A DNA stretch of 64,000 nt, taken from Octopus vulgaris (lineage: Eukaryota). The stretch spans positions 90,086,001 through 90,150,000 of the forward strand of contig OX597816.1 of the NCBI GenBank assembly GCA_951406725.2. Direction: 5' to 3'. The notes under the pieces were generated by a model. That model saw only the letters and a program-made list of their open reading frames with translations, did not search any database and was not told the DNA's origin. Shown here piece after piece: positions 1 through 13,017 of this stretch (its first letter is position 1; the number at the start of each line of letters is the position of its first letter). Position numbers and translations under genes: made by a program.

Positions 1-720
1 TGCTAATGCTTCTAGTTAGATTTGATGCCCACAAACTTTTAACAGGTTTGTACATTCTATGATTTACATATGACCCAAAAGACTGCTTGAAATGGACAGG
101 TACATTTTACACTTGTATCCCATTAATTCATCAGAACTTAAGAAAATTGGGGAAGCCTACAAATACAAAATGATTTCTACTTCTTGACAACTGTAGGACC
201 CACTCACACAAACAAAATTATTGTCAGAATGTTGAATGTTTTTGCATGCTATTTGTCACTAAACATAATATCATTAATTCAACCCTACAGAATTTCAATG
301 CAGTGTGCAATTAAAGATGCAATATTTTTACTTGTGACTGCATATGATGCAGCCAATCCTGAAACACTCTTAAGAACATGGAAAAAGTTATGGCTGAGTG
401 TAATATTAGCAGTGCAAGAACTAATAAAAACTGTTAAATAATCTGTGGAAGTCAACACTATATACAAACTGAATGTTGCTGACAGAAGAATGGATACACA
501 CTGAAGATACTATCAAAGCTGTAATCACTTTCACTGAACATGAAATCATTCAAAGCATTACAGCTCCTGATAAAATAGAAGAGAGAAGATAACTGAGACA
601 ACAAAACTGAAAATAATATCTTAGGCCACTGTGGAAAATGTGCATCAATAAATTTGTGGAACAAGACTTTGGCTTCAACCTTCAAAATGCCAAGTAATCT
701 TATCACGTACTACAAGAAAA
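1..720 (+). mobile_element. Degenerate Tigger/pogo (CENP-B/DDE_1) transposase remnant
   Basis: Fragments LLLDNCRTH...IISLIQP...IKDAIFLLVTAYDAANPETLLRTWKKLW resemble the Tigger DDE_1 C-terminus; broken by stops and frameshifts. Confidence 0.65.
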
Positions 721-976
721 AAGAAAAGAAGCTATCCCACAAAGCAAACACAAATTTAAAGTAATAGAAAGTAAAGTAATAGAAGTACCCAGTAAAGTAA
801 TAGAAGTACCCAAAAGTACAGTAAAGATACAAAGTTGTAAAAATGAAAAAAAAATGTATTTGTTATTTTATACTATTCATTAATAGAATAAAAATAATCA
901 ATTTGAATAAAATAAGTTTCATTTCTTTACTGTATTTTTGTTTTACAATGTTCATTTTTAAAAGCAACATTCGTTA

Positions 977-1014
977 ATTCCTGAAGAGGGAGTCATAACC
1001 TTGAAATATTGAAT
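977..1014 (+). ncRNA. Degenerate minimal hammerhead-ribozyme-like motif (Penelope type)
   Basis: ATTC-CTGAAGA-GGG(agtcataa)CCTT-GAAA-TA-TT-GAAT: stem I ATTC/GAAT, CUGANGA and GAAA cores, short stem II, vestigial stem III. Confidence 0.4.
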
Positions 1015-1880
1015 GCAAGGTAAGTCACCGTTAATTCATATGCCTGTTTTCTTGTGATTTACCTTGGATTTATTTCACATTGTTCCGGCCTTACCCATGA
1101 ATTTTTATATAATATATATATTTTCATATACATTATTAGATGCCAGAGACTCTTTCGAGTTTTTATGCCCTGTGACAAGATTTTTCATCTCACAGCATAT
1201 CCAAAATTCATCCTCCTCACCAAGCAAGCTAGTGGGGTAGCTGGTTTAATTGCCAATCACCCAACTGTGCATAGTCAATCTTGCTAACATGGTTACCAGT
1301 AGCAGTTGGTTTGTATGTGTGTGTTTTAATTATTTTTCCATGCTTGCATGATGTGTCAGATGGAATTTGAGATTGATTTTTTTTATGGTTAGATGCCCTT
1401 CATGTTGCAAACACTCACCTGTTTCCAAATAAGGTGATAATCCCATAATCTATCAAAGAATGAACCCTTTGTTTACTATTGTGTGTTTGAGAGCAGTCCA
1501 AACTGACTTTGTTTATACTTTTTGTCTACAGCAAGAATTTTTCTCCATGACAAAATGCAGTGTTCGAATATATCTCAAGCATATTAGAATTAGTAAAAAG
1601 TTTATATTTATATAAATCATTGCTTAGTATTCATATATGTATTTTATGGGGCAGCAGGTTAGTACAACCAGTCACAATAGTTTGACTGGAATTTAATAGA
1701 CCTAGTTTCTCAGTCAGTTCAGAGTTGCCTCTCTTGCCAATGTTCAATTCTAAGAGGAGATAACTACTCTTAAAAGCATACATTTCTCGATATGGACAGA
1801 GCGCTTTGAACTGACTGTGTTTACACCATTTTCTCTATGACAAAACTCAGTGAATGGCATTTTTTACAAGTTCAAATACG

Positions 1881-2288
1881 GGATCTTTTCGGTTTGAACG
1901 GCAATTTTTTTAAATAATTTCCACGTAACTAAACACTTTTAAACTTCGTATACTGGTAGAATGTGTTTATAAAACATCTTTTTCTCTTGGCTTTATTGAG
2001 AAGATTCTATAGTTTGTAAGATATTTGGGTTTTTTTCTTCAATTTCTGCAATTTCAACCAATCAATGACGTCTATTGAGGTGAAAACATTTTGTGCCGTA
2101 TGAATATGTCCCTCGTTTAAGAAACAGATTGGGTTTATTAACATTTCTGAAGAAAAAAGATACCTTTCCCCCCACCCCTAACCCTAAAACAGATTGAAAT
2201 GCAATAGATCGATACTAGGGTCATAATTATGGGTGACAATTTCATATGACACCGCTAGAAAAAACTGCCGTTCAAACCGAAAAAATCC
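1881..2288. mobile_element. Non-autonomous DNA transposon (MITE), copy 1
   Basis: ~28-bp TIRs GGATCTTTTCGGTTTGAACGGCA; highly similar copy at 46568-46981. Confidence 0.9.
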
Positions 2289-2439
2289 CAAGATAATTTT
2301 TTTAAAATAAAGTAAATAAAACACAAAGTAAGGATCGACTAGTCACGACTAGCTAGCACGGATCCGCGAGTACGCGCACCAGGAGCACTCTTCTTAAATA
2401 GTACCCATATCTGAACTGATAACAAGTTTATATATAAAC

Positions 2440-2611
2440 CACATAAAAAGCACCCATTACACTCTGCAGTGGTTGGCGTTAGGAAAGACACCCAACCGTA
2501 GAAACCAAGCCAAGACTATGGATCCTTGTGCAGGTCTTGGCCGTATCTGGTCCTATCAAACTGTCCAACCCATGCCAGCATGGAAAATGGACGTTAAAAG
2601 GTGATGATGAT
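2440..2611 (+). mobile_element. RTE LINE 3' end fragment
   Basis: ccaacccatgccagcatggaaa...(gat)n tail shared with RT-bearing copies at 60274-62160. Confidence 0.75.
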
Positions 2612-2858
2612 CCACACACTATTTATTAAACCAGTGATTCATAACAGCTGGGTCTTTTTGGCTAATAGCTTGTCAAACTTTGCAAAACGGATAGACCGTT
2701 TGTCACAAATCCCTACTTTTATAATTATTTATTTTTAAAGTATAACACCATCTTGACTACTTTGCTTGAAGAACTTTCTGACATGTATAACTAATGAGTA
2801 TACTTATTCTCATAGCATTCACAACTAACATTCATCTCCACAACAACAGTTATATATA

Positions 2859-3180
2859 GGTGCAGAAGTGGTTGTGTGGTAAGAAGCTTGCTTCCCAACC
2901 ACAGCGTGGCACCTTGGACAAGTGTCTTCTATTATAGTCTCAGGCCAACGAAAGATTTGTGAGTGGATTTGGTAGACGGAAACTGTGTATCTGTGCTTGT
3001 CCGCGCACCATCATTTGACTCCAATGGTGGTGTGTTTAGGTCCGCATAACCTAGCGGTTCGGCAAGAGACCGATAGAATAAGTACTAGGCTTACAAAGAA
3101 TAAGTCCTGGGATCAATTTGTTCACCTAAAGGTGATGCTCCAGCATGGCTACAGTCAAATGACTGAAGAGTAAAAGAAAA
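2859..3180 (+). mobile_element. tRNA-derived SINE
   Basis: A-box-like head gtggttgtgtggtaag, body ggcaccttgg.caagtgtcttct; several related copies in window. Confidence 0.8.
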
Positions 3181-3778
3181 TGCTCCATTTCCATTTGTCA
3201 CCCATAACCCCTCAGCCCCACTTTTTTTCTTTTTTTTTTTTTTTTTTTGGTTTATTCTGCTCTTGAAAATGCAGGCACAGAGATTCTGGATCTGATAACA
3301 TAACCAAAATATTGCAGTTTCCACCAGCTGACCATCGTCACCAACTTTATTCTGCTCTGATCTCTACCAGGAATGAATCATTCCTTTTACAGACCACCCA
3401 ACTGATCCATAGCACTTACTTGTAGCGTGCCATCTCAAATGCCTTCGGTTTCTTGATGATGGCCAGGGTTTTCAGAAGTTTCAGCTTGATACTTATGCTG
3501 AAGTTTTATTTTGAATGACCTCAGGGTGATCTTGCACCAAGTCTTGGTCTGATTTTTTGACTGCACTCCACTATTTGGTCAACAATGAAGCCTAAGTATT
3601 CAAACTTATCAACCTAGGCTAAATGGACCATATGGTAAGCTACTCTGAGGGCAGCCATGAGCTTGTCTTTTTGGTGCTGATCTTTACCTGAAACTCACTA
3701 AAGACTTGTCTAATTTATCAATCAGTCCCAGGAACTTAGCCAGCTAAGTAGTTATCTGCACAATGTCATTAGCATGCA

Positions 3779-3842
<64 letters not shown>

Positions 3843-4124
3843 CACAAGATTTTTTTCATACAATTGGATATAAATGCACAATATGATAGTAAAACTTTTG
3901 CTATACTAATTTAAAACAGACATTGAATCTTGAGAATATACCCCAAATTTTCAGCAAAGGAGCATAGGTGCTAGAATGTCAATTTCTGGCTCTGTTGAAC
4001 CTTGCTATTCTGTTGAGAAATTATACCTTAGGCTATATAAAAAATACAGTTTAGCTCACAGTTGTATATGCTGAATGGTAATGAACAGCCACATTATTCT
4101 GACCACTCAAATGTCTAATGGAAG

Positions 4125-4567
4125 TTGCTTGTGAAGACCTGTTGAGGCAAGTGAAATCACAATCAAAATCAAATTCGCTGACATGACCAATGACAACACC
4201 GCCTGACTGGCACCCGTGCCAGTGGAACATTAAAATCACCATCCGAGCGTGATCATTGCCAGGCCTGCTGACTGGTTCCCATGCTGGTGGCACATAAAAA
4301 GCACCATTTGAGCGAGGTCGTTGCCAGTGCCCCTGGACTGGTTCCTATGCAGGTGGCACATAAAAAACACCATTTGAGCATGGCCATCACCAGTACCACC
4401 TGACTGGCCCTCGTGCTGGTGGCACGTAAAAGCATCCAGCCATAGAAACTCTGCCAGATCAGATTGGAGCCTAGCGCAGCCATCTGGCTCGCTAGTCTTC
4501 AGTCAAACCGTCCAACCCATTCCAGCATGGAAAGCAGACGTTAAACGATGATGATGATGATGATGAT
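4125..4567 (+). mobile_element. RTE LINE 3'UTR (5'-truncated)
   Basis: ~55-bp subrepeats ggtggcacataaaaagcacc and terminal gttaaac(gat)n. Confidence 0.85.
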
Positions 4568-5397
4568 ACAAAAGGCCTGTCACGAAATAGTGTAGACACG
4601 ACTGTGTGGTTTAAAATTTCATTTCATACCTATACGGGCTCATGTTTAATACCTTCTACCATAGCCTGAAGCTAATCAAGGCCTTATGAATGAATTTTGG
4701 TCAGCAGACATCATAGTTCACAGGAGGGATCTTCTTATTTTTGAAATGGTATATTAATAATATGCTTTACTGAGGGTATCTACTAATAGAATGATCATGG
4801 GTGAAATGCCTTTGATCATAGATTTGGTCAATCAGAATTTATCTGGAGTTCAAGATATTTTGAAGAATTTGTGTCCTTTTATGTGTCCCAGACCAGCAGT
4901 GCATTGTGTTCTTGTGCAAAGCACTTCATTCTATGTTGGTCCAGTCCACTCATCTGTAAATGGCATCCTGTTCACAATAAATGTTAGCCTGCCTACTCAT
5001 CAACTGGGCTGGCATTGTTGGAAAGCTGCAAGATTGCAAGGAAGAGCATTGTGACCAGTGGTATATAACAATATCCGATTGTCTGGTCAATATATATATA
5101 TATCAATATATAAAGAATTGAGAATGTGTGTCAGTGTGATTTACTGAAACTTGAGAACTACTCAATTGATTTCATTCAAATTTTACAACATACCTTACTT
5201 CAGGTCCATGCAGTGTCATGGGCCAAAAATATTTTGAACTGCTTGCCTAATGCGAGCCTGGAGTAATATCTTATCTCTTAATATACTCTTACATTACATG
5301 TCAAAAGAGAAACAATAACATCGCTATTGTAATGTAAGATAATACTTTCAGTTTGTATATGATATATACAGAGTGAAACAATACTGAAACAATAGAC

Positions 5398-5398
<1 letters not shown>

Positions 5399-5472
<74 letters not shown>

Positions 5473-5524
5473 CATGTATGTGTATATATATGTATAGATT
5501 TATATGTAGATCTATGTGTATATA

Positions 5525-5556
<32 letters not shown>
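5399..5556. repeat. (TA)n/(TG)n microsatellite
   Basis: Direct reading. Confidence 0.95.
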
Positions 5557-5557
<1 letters not shown>

Positions 5558-6025
5558 AATGTATAAGTGTGTTTGTGTGTTAAAATATCAATTTATTGAA
5601 TAGCAGTAGTGAATGTTTTAATGATTTTCTTTTCCAACTGATCTATATATTCTATAATGCTGCCTCTTTGCATATCATTTTCATTTTGAAATTTTTCAGG
5701 CTATGAAAACAGATGTTACAGTATTTAACATGTTATCATGAAGTTTGCAGCTTGTTTAAATTGAAAGCAGTATCATGTTGACTATTTTCATTTGTTTTAA
5801 GCTTTTGTATTTGTTAATTATCATGCTGTTTCTTATAGTAGTGAGTGTATGTGTGTATTTATCTTTTATTTGTTTCAGTCTTTGGACTATAGCCATGCTG
5901 GGGCACCACCTTGAAAGGTTTATTTTAAAGCCTGGTACTTATTCTGTTGGTCTTTTTTTGCTGTACCACTAAGTTACAGCAATATAAATAAACCAACAGC
6001 ATGTTTCTTTTTTCATATAATTATA

Positions 6026-6381
6026 CATCATCATCATCATTTAGCGTCCGCTTTCCATGCTAGCATGGGTTGGACGGTTCAACTGGGGTCTGTGAAGCCA
6101 GAAGGCTGCATCAGGAGGTCCAGTCTGATCTGGCAGTGTTTCTACGGCTGGATGCCCTTCCTAACGCCAACCACTCCGTGAGTGTAGTGGTTGCTTTTTA
6201 CGTGCCACCTGCACAGGTGCCAGACGGAGCTGGCAAACGGCCACGATTGGATGGTGCTTTTTACGTGCCACCGGCACTGGGGCCAGGCGAGGCTGGCAAC
6301 GGCCACGAATGGATGGTGCTTTTTACGTGCCACCGGCACAGAGGCCAGTCGGGGCGATGCTGGCAACGGGTCTTCACAAGT
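6026..6381 (-). mobile_element. RTE LINE 3'UTR inserted in left arm
   Basis: (cat)n...cgtccgctttccatgctagcatggg plus subrepeats; absent from right arm. Confidence 0.85.
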
Positions 6382-6497
6382 GGAGATACACACACACACA
6401 GACACACAACAGAATTTAGTTCCTGTTCAGATTTCTCTTCTGTCCACATACATTTCAATGCATGTGTGCACACCATTTGAGATATATGCTATATACT

Positions 6498-7233
6498 TGT
6501 AATGGGAAAGGTGTAGCAAGAGATGTTAAAGTAGCAAATGAAATAGACATGTGGGCGATGTCGAAGTAAAACAATGGGAAAACATCATATTGTAGTATAA
6601 ATAATTTATTTAATGACACTTGCATTTACATGTTGTATACACCAAAAATCTCACTACGTGACATTACCAACTTACTTCAAGCTGGCCAAGAAGAAATTAA
6701 CAGGGTAAATACTGTGTTGATATGATGACTTATAAACGGACGTTTTGGGTCAGTGTGTGTGTTGGTCATTCAGTGGTGTCTGTTAATGTTTGGCGTCAGC
6801 TACTGTGCTGGGTATTTCATGCTGAATATCTGGTTCTCTGTTTGGTTGCTTAACTGGCAAAGTTACTTGCTGGCCATCTCGCCTCTGGTTATCTCTCTCT
6901 GCCATCCCTTGACGGATTGCTGTATTTATAATGGTCGTGACAGCTAGAAGGACAGACATACCACAGGAGAAATTCCTACCAATGTATGTTGCCTCCTGTC
7001 CACTTGAACTTTAAATGACACGGCTGAGGTCGTAGGTCAAAAGGAAAAACCATCCGTCATTTTTTTGACAGGACAAAGACATTTCTTTCGCACCTGTTTG
7101 GCCAGTGGTGGATCAGACAAGCGAGAATCCTTAGATTCGGTTTCGAATCTCGGCTCAGAAAAAGGAAGTGTTAGTTTTTATATACTTTTATACACACATA
7201 GAACACACTCATAAATCAGCATACATCCTCACA
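6498..7233 (-). mobile_element. Probable solo LTR
   Basis: TGT...ACA termini; minus-strand TATAAATA (~6923-6930) upstream of AATAAA (6605-6610); present in only one arm of the inverted duplication; no clear TSD. Confidence 0.55.
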
Positions 7234-7238
7234 CACAC

Positions 7239-7285
<47 letters not shown>

Positions 7286-8136
7286 TGAGTGCGTTGGAAA
7301 GTGCATATTTAGTTCTTTTACTATTTCTGATATTGAAATATTAGTTAATAACCAAGAACATTTCATTAACAAACCTTTTTTTATTTTAATTATCATAAAA
7401 CTAGGATATCACCTTAACAGTTCAACAACCGAGAGTTATCTCCTCTTGATTTTCTGATATTTATTGCACAAATAGAATATATAATTTATGGATTGTTTTC
7501 TTCCATTTACACACATAGCACTGTGTAACTTGAATGATTTAGCTATGTAAGCCACCATTATCTGATCAATGATACAATATTCTATTTATATAGATTTTCA
7601 AATATTAGTTAATAATCAAAAACATTTCATTAACAAACCTATTTTTTTTAATTATCATAAAACTGAGAACTTCAGTCCAACAATCAAGAGTTATCTTCTC
7701 TTGTTTTTCTAATTTTTTTTTCTTTTTCTTTTCTATGCATTACTTCATTCGATGCACAAACATAATATATAATTTATGGATTGTTTTCTTCCGTTTACAC
7801 ATATCACTGTGTGATTTAAATGATTTTGGGCGAGACTTCCTTTTATACCCCCAACCCCACCTTTTTATTCATTCTTTTTTTTTATGTTTTCTACACAAAT
7901 GGCGGTGCCCCAGCATGGCCACAGCTCGTGAGCTGAAACTAGATAAAATAAAAATAAAAAATAAAAAAAAATCCCGGTTTTCGGCTACGGAAAATACGAA
8001 TCTGCAAAAAAAAAAATTTATAAAAATCGTTTATTGACTCTTGTCGATCAGATGTACCTGAGAGGGGTAACCCCGAACGAACTGAGAAAGTTTATATATA
8101 AAGCTATAAACTTTGTTAGTTCGTTCAGGGTTTAGT

Positions 8137-8964
8137 TGCCAGGTCTTCATAATCACAGCATATCTCTAAAGGTCTCGGTCTCCGGTCATTCCCTCTGTGA
8201 GACCCAATGTTCGAAGCTCATGTTCACCACCTCATCCCATGTTAGTGTGGCACTTTCTCACACAGCTGTCCTCATTCATACGTAACACATAACTATACTA
8301 GCGCAGTCATCTTTTGCACACCACAATTGAGGATTCCAACTTTTCTCTCAGGGTGCTCACACTCTTGTCATGTACGCACACTGACATTACACATCCAGCT
8401 TCATTTCTTTCAAGCCTACACATTTCCTCAGCAGTCATAGCCCGTGTTTCACTGCAGTGTAGCATAGCAATTCGCACACATACATCATACAATCAACCTT
8501 TCATCTTGAGCGAGAGGCCCTTAGATGCCAGCAGAAGTAGGAGCTCCCTGAACTTTACCCAGGCTATTCTTATTCTAGCCGCTACACTCTCAGAGCAATC
8601 ACTCCCACTACAGACTTGGTTTCTAGGTAGCGGAAGCTATCAACTTCCTTTAGCCCCCCCCCCCCCTCGCAGCATGTGATGGAATCTGTTTTCTGTGCTT
8701 CTTCAGTGTTTATTGCCTCTGCGCATCTGCCACGCACAAAAACTATCTTCCCGGTTAAGAGGGGGCTGAGGACCGATCTTTGGCGAACCCCTACTTCTTC
8801 ACTATACTCGTTGCCAACTGTCACCTTACTGGTAGCATCCCTGTACAGGGCTTGTATAGCTCTTACCAACCACTCGTCTATCCCCAGTTTCTGCATTGAC
8901 CACCAAATAAGGGATTAGGGGACCCTGTCAAAGGCTTTCTTCAAGTCAACAAAAGCCAAGTACA
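8137..8964 (-). mobile_element. RTE LINE reverse-transcriptase fragment
   Basis: YLAFVDLKKAFDRVP, KLGIDEWLVRAIQALY, GVRQRSVLSPLL, VDSFRYL; internally deleted. Confidence 0.9.
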
Positions 8965-9264
8965 TGTGTGTGTGTGCGTCTGTGTTTGTACCCACCTCCA
9001 TGACAACCGATTTTGCTGTGTTTACGTCCCCATAACTTAGCTGATTGGCAAGACAAACCGATAGAATAAGTCCTGGGTCAATTTCTTCGACTAAAAACGG
9101 GGCTCCAGCATGGCTGCAGTTACACGACGGAAACAAATAAATCAATAAAAAACTAAGCCATTTTAATCTCAAGCAATGCCGGGCATCTCTGCTAGTATAT
9201 ATATATATATATATATAAATGGGGGGGGGGGGGGGTGACAATAAAATTATTTAAATCTATATAA

Positions 9265-10513
9265 TTAGAATATTGTATCATTGATCCAATAATGATGGCT
9301 TACATAGCTAAATCATTCAAGTTACACAGTAGTATGTGTAAATGGAACAAAACAATCCATAAATTATATATATATATGTGCATTGAATGAAGTAGAGCAC
9401 AAGAAAAAAATATCAGAAACACAAGATAACTCTTGGCTGTTGAACTGTTAAGGTGATATCTTAGTTTTGTGATAATTAAAAAAAACTTGGTTTGTTAATT
9501 AAATGTTTTTGATTATAGACTAATATCTCAACATCAGAAATAAAAAAAAACTGAATATGCACTTTCCAACACACTCATACATATATCTCAAATGGTGTGC
9601 ACACATATTTGAAGGTGGTGGGTTTGGAAGGAAATGTCATCAGTTCACTTGCACACATGTGTTGAAATGTAAGTGGGGAGAAGAGAAATCTGAACAGGAA
9701 CTAAATTCTGTTGTGTGTGTGTGTGTGTGTGTATATTCATGAATTTGTCTTTATGTATAATTATAAGCAAAAAAAAACATTGAAAGATTGCTCAATACTT
9801 TTCAGTGGAGTAACATTCTGATGAAAGTTATGTAATTAAAACTTCAAAGTAACTGCAGTTTTCTCTGTAAAAATTATATATACACATATGTACAGAGGTA
9901 TGGCTGCATGGTAAGAAAACTATTTCCTAAGCATGTGGTCTTGGGTTCAGCCCCATTGTAGTGCCTTGGGCAAGCATCTACTATAGCCCCAAGCTGATCA
10001 AAGCCTTATGAGGAAACTGAAAGAAGCCTGTTGTATGTGTGTCTTATTTTTTGTCCATCACCACAGCTTGACAATGCTGTTGTTTTATTTACATCGCTGC
10101 AACTTAGTGGTACAGTGAAAAAAGATCAACAGAATAAGTACCAGGCTTTAAAATAAGTGCTGGGATCAATTAAACCTATCAAGGTGGTGCCCCAGCATGA
10201 CTACAGTCCAAAGACTGAAACAAATAAAAGATAAATACACACATACACTCACTGCTATAAGAAACAGCATGATAATTAACAAATACAAAAGCCTAAAACA
10301 AATGAAAATAGTCAACATGATACTGCTTTTAATTCAAACAAGCTGCAAAGTTCATGATAACATATGTTAATTCCTGTAACATCTGTTTTCATAGCCTGCA
10401 ACTTTCAAAAGGAAAATGATATGCAAAGAAGCAGCATTATAGGATATATAGATCAGTTGAAAAGAAAATCATTGAAACATTCACAAATGCTATTCAATAA
10501 ATTGATATTTTAA
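9265..10513. repeat. Right arm of large inverted duplication
   Basis: Reverse complement of segments within 5581-7590; includes SINE 9895-10235 whose tail is mirrored at 5860-6002. Confidence 0.9.
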
Positions 10514-11499
10514 CACCTCACAACACACACCAAATAAAATTTTGTAAATGTTAAACAATTTATATGACCTCGAAACTTCAATAAAACTCATGTCAGGAAA
10601 ACAAAATATGTACCTGGTAACATGAAAAATAAATGAAAATAAATTTCTGTAGACAGTTTGAAAAATATCTATGTATAAAAGACAAGCTGTCACTCCAAAA
10701 CTCACTCTCACTTTCTCTCCCACCACCAACATAGTTTCTACATAGCAACTATGCATGATATATAATGTATTAAACAAAGAAATTTGTTTAATATTCTTTC
10801 TACTGCAAATGTACAGCAAAGTACAGTGGGTCATTTAAGTGTTTGGGTCTATGACAAGGAGCCATATTGATTATAAGATTATAAATTTCTGATTGACCTT
10901 AATAGCCTAAAACCCATTTATCCCATCCATCTGCTGTTTTCACATAAGGTAATCATTGAATTTAAGACACTGTGACTAGGGAAAACAAAATATATGGAAC
11001 ATCATGACTGGAATGTCTACAATCACAGATTTGCTCAATCAGGTATGATCTGCAGCTGAACAGCTGAACTACATCAATATGCAGATAGACTGAGGATCAT
11101 GAGAAAAATATACTTATGTCATTATTTGAAGGAATGCTATGAAAATCAGAGGGGAAAAAAGCTTCAGCAATACAGAGAACAACCATTGAATTCATATAAT
11201 TCATTCAGCATCTAAGATGTCCTGCTTCACAACTGCATATTGTCTCATCTTTGGCTAAGCTCAGTTAAAGCTAATTACCTTCATCATCATTTTATAATAT
11301 TCACTCTTCCATGCTTACATGAGTCACGCAGAATTTACTGAGGCAGATGTCTTTCATGGTACCAACAGACTTATTTCCAAACAAGGTAATATTTCTACTA
11401 TTACCAAGCAAGGTAATATTTCTACTAGCAAGGTAATATTTCTAATATTACCTTCCAAGCAAGGTAATATTTCTACTATATATATATATATATATAAAA

Positions 11500-11660
11500 T
11501 GATGGGCTTCTTTCAGTTTCTGTCTACAAAATCCACTCAGATTTTGGTTGGCCAGGGGTTATAGTAGAAGACACTTGCCCAAGGTGCCATGCAGTGAGAC
11601 TGAGCTCAAAATCACATAGTTGGAAAGCAAACTTCGTAACTACACAGCCACACTGTGCCT
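11500..11660 (-). mobile_element. tRNA-derived SINE
   Basis: Reverse complement of the SINE head/body (gaagacacttgcccaaggtgcca...cacagccac). Confidence 0.75.
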
Positions 11661-12267
11661 ATATGTGAAAATAATATAAGGCTCACATCTGGGAGATTGA
11701 GTATAAAGCAAAAAATTATCTTAAAACCATTCATTGAAAGATTCAACACAGAAGTGTAAATACAAATATATATATATTATTCTATTTTTGATAAATTGCT
11801 TTTTATGAGAAATAATCTATCTGAATGGAAAGGTATTCTGTGTCTATATTATGTTTAACCTCATTCAAATATGTCTACTAAATACGAGAGGTCAGATTTG
11901 ATTTTAAACCCTTCAAAATGTGCACATAGAAATGTGTAGTACTGTCCAATTCCATTGCAAGAAAGTTGTAATTGTTAGCCAAATATCCAAACACTTTCAT
12001 TCAGATATATACATACAAATCATATTTTTATAGCTGTTTCAGACAACCAATGGCTGGTTGACAAAACCATGAATAAATTGCAAGGAAATCCTATACTGAA
12101 TAAATATTATACGTATAAATAAAAGCAATGGAAAAGTATCAGTTAGTACAGATTTTGATAATCCCATGCAGCAAAGTGATATCTTTATACATACATACAT
12201 ATATCTATATATTTGTACACAGACACACACATAAATATGTATCTATATCTGCAAACACACACAGATG

Positions 12268-12635
12268 AATGGCTGTGGTTAAGAAGTTTGCTTCTGAACT
12301 ACGAAGTTTTGGATTCAGTCTGTGGTACTTTGGGCAAGTATCTCCTACTATAGCCTGGACTGACCAAAGCCCAAGTGAGTGGATTTGGTAGATGGAAACT
12401 AAAAGAAGTCTGTTGTGTGTGTTTCCTTGCCTAGACATTACATGAGAGTTGTAAATGACTGTTACTGTCGCACAAGCAGTATCATTCACTTCCAGTATTC
12501 TCTAAGAACACAGGTCATGGAGAAATATTACCTTGCTTGGAAACAAATGAATGCTGGCAACAAGAGTGCCTGACTGAAGAAAACCTGACAAGCAGGGAGA
12601 AGTGGTCATTAAAACAGTAGTGATGATGATGATGA
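12268..12635 (+). mobile_element. tRNA-derived SINE with (GAT)n tail
   Basis: atggctgtggttaagaag head, gggcaagt body, gatgatgat tail. Confidence 0.7.
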
Positions 12636-13017
12636 CTGTGTCTACTTTCATATTATGTTGGTGCCTTTGCAGAAATGGATGTATATAATTCCAGTTGCAC
12701 AAATTACAAATAAAATGTACACATTCTTTAACTCAAAGCTCTGTGATTTTTATTTCTTATTACAAACTATCTAAGCCTGAACGACAGAATTAGTTGTCTT
12801 TATCTTTGTACTTGAAGACATTTTTGCATTAAATAGAAGAAAATTCGTAAGTTAAATATCTTCCAAAGATACCACAAAGGGAAAGTAGAGAAAGAATTGT
12901 CACATAATTCAACAATTTAATTCATTCTGAAGATGATTACACCAAGTGATTATCGAATACAACAGCTAGACAGATTTACACAGCAAAAGATGAATGTTTA
13001 AAATGGTTGTGCGAGCA

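Larger units (their letters stand above)
5581..7590. repeat. Left arm of large inverted duplication (interrupted by insertions)
   Basis: 5581-6002 is the reverse complement of ~10074-10513; 6385-6490 of ~9580-9735; 7280-7590 of ~9265-9580. Confidence 0.9.

Noticed and set aside
2859-2920. tRNA genes
   Set aside because: A/B-box-like heads run into SINE bodies and no cloverleaf could be folded
7094-7153. Possible downstream exon (PRFETESKDSRLSDPPLAKQ) of the orphan gene
   Set aside because: Lies inside an LTR-like insertion, uses a weak GAG acceptor, and a closer terminal exon with a poly(A) signal exists
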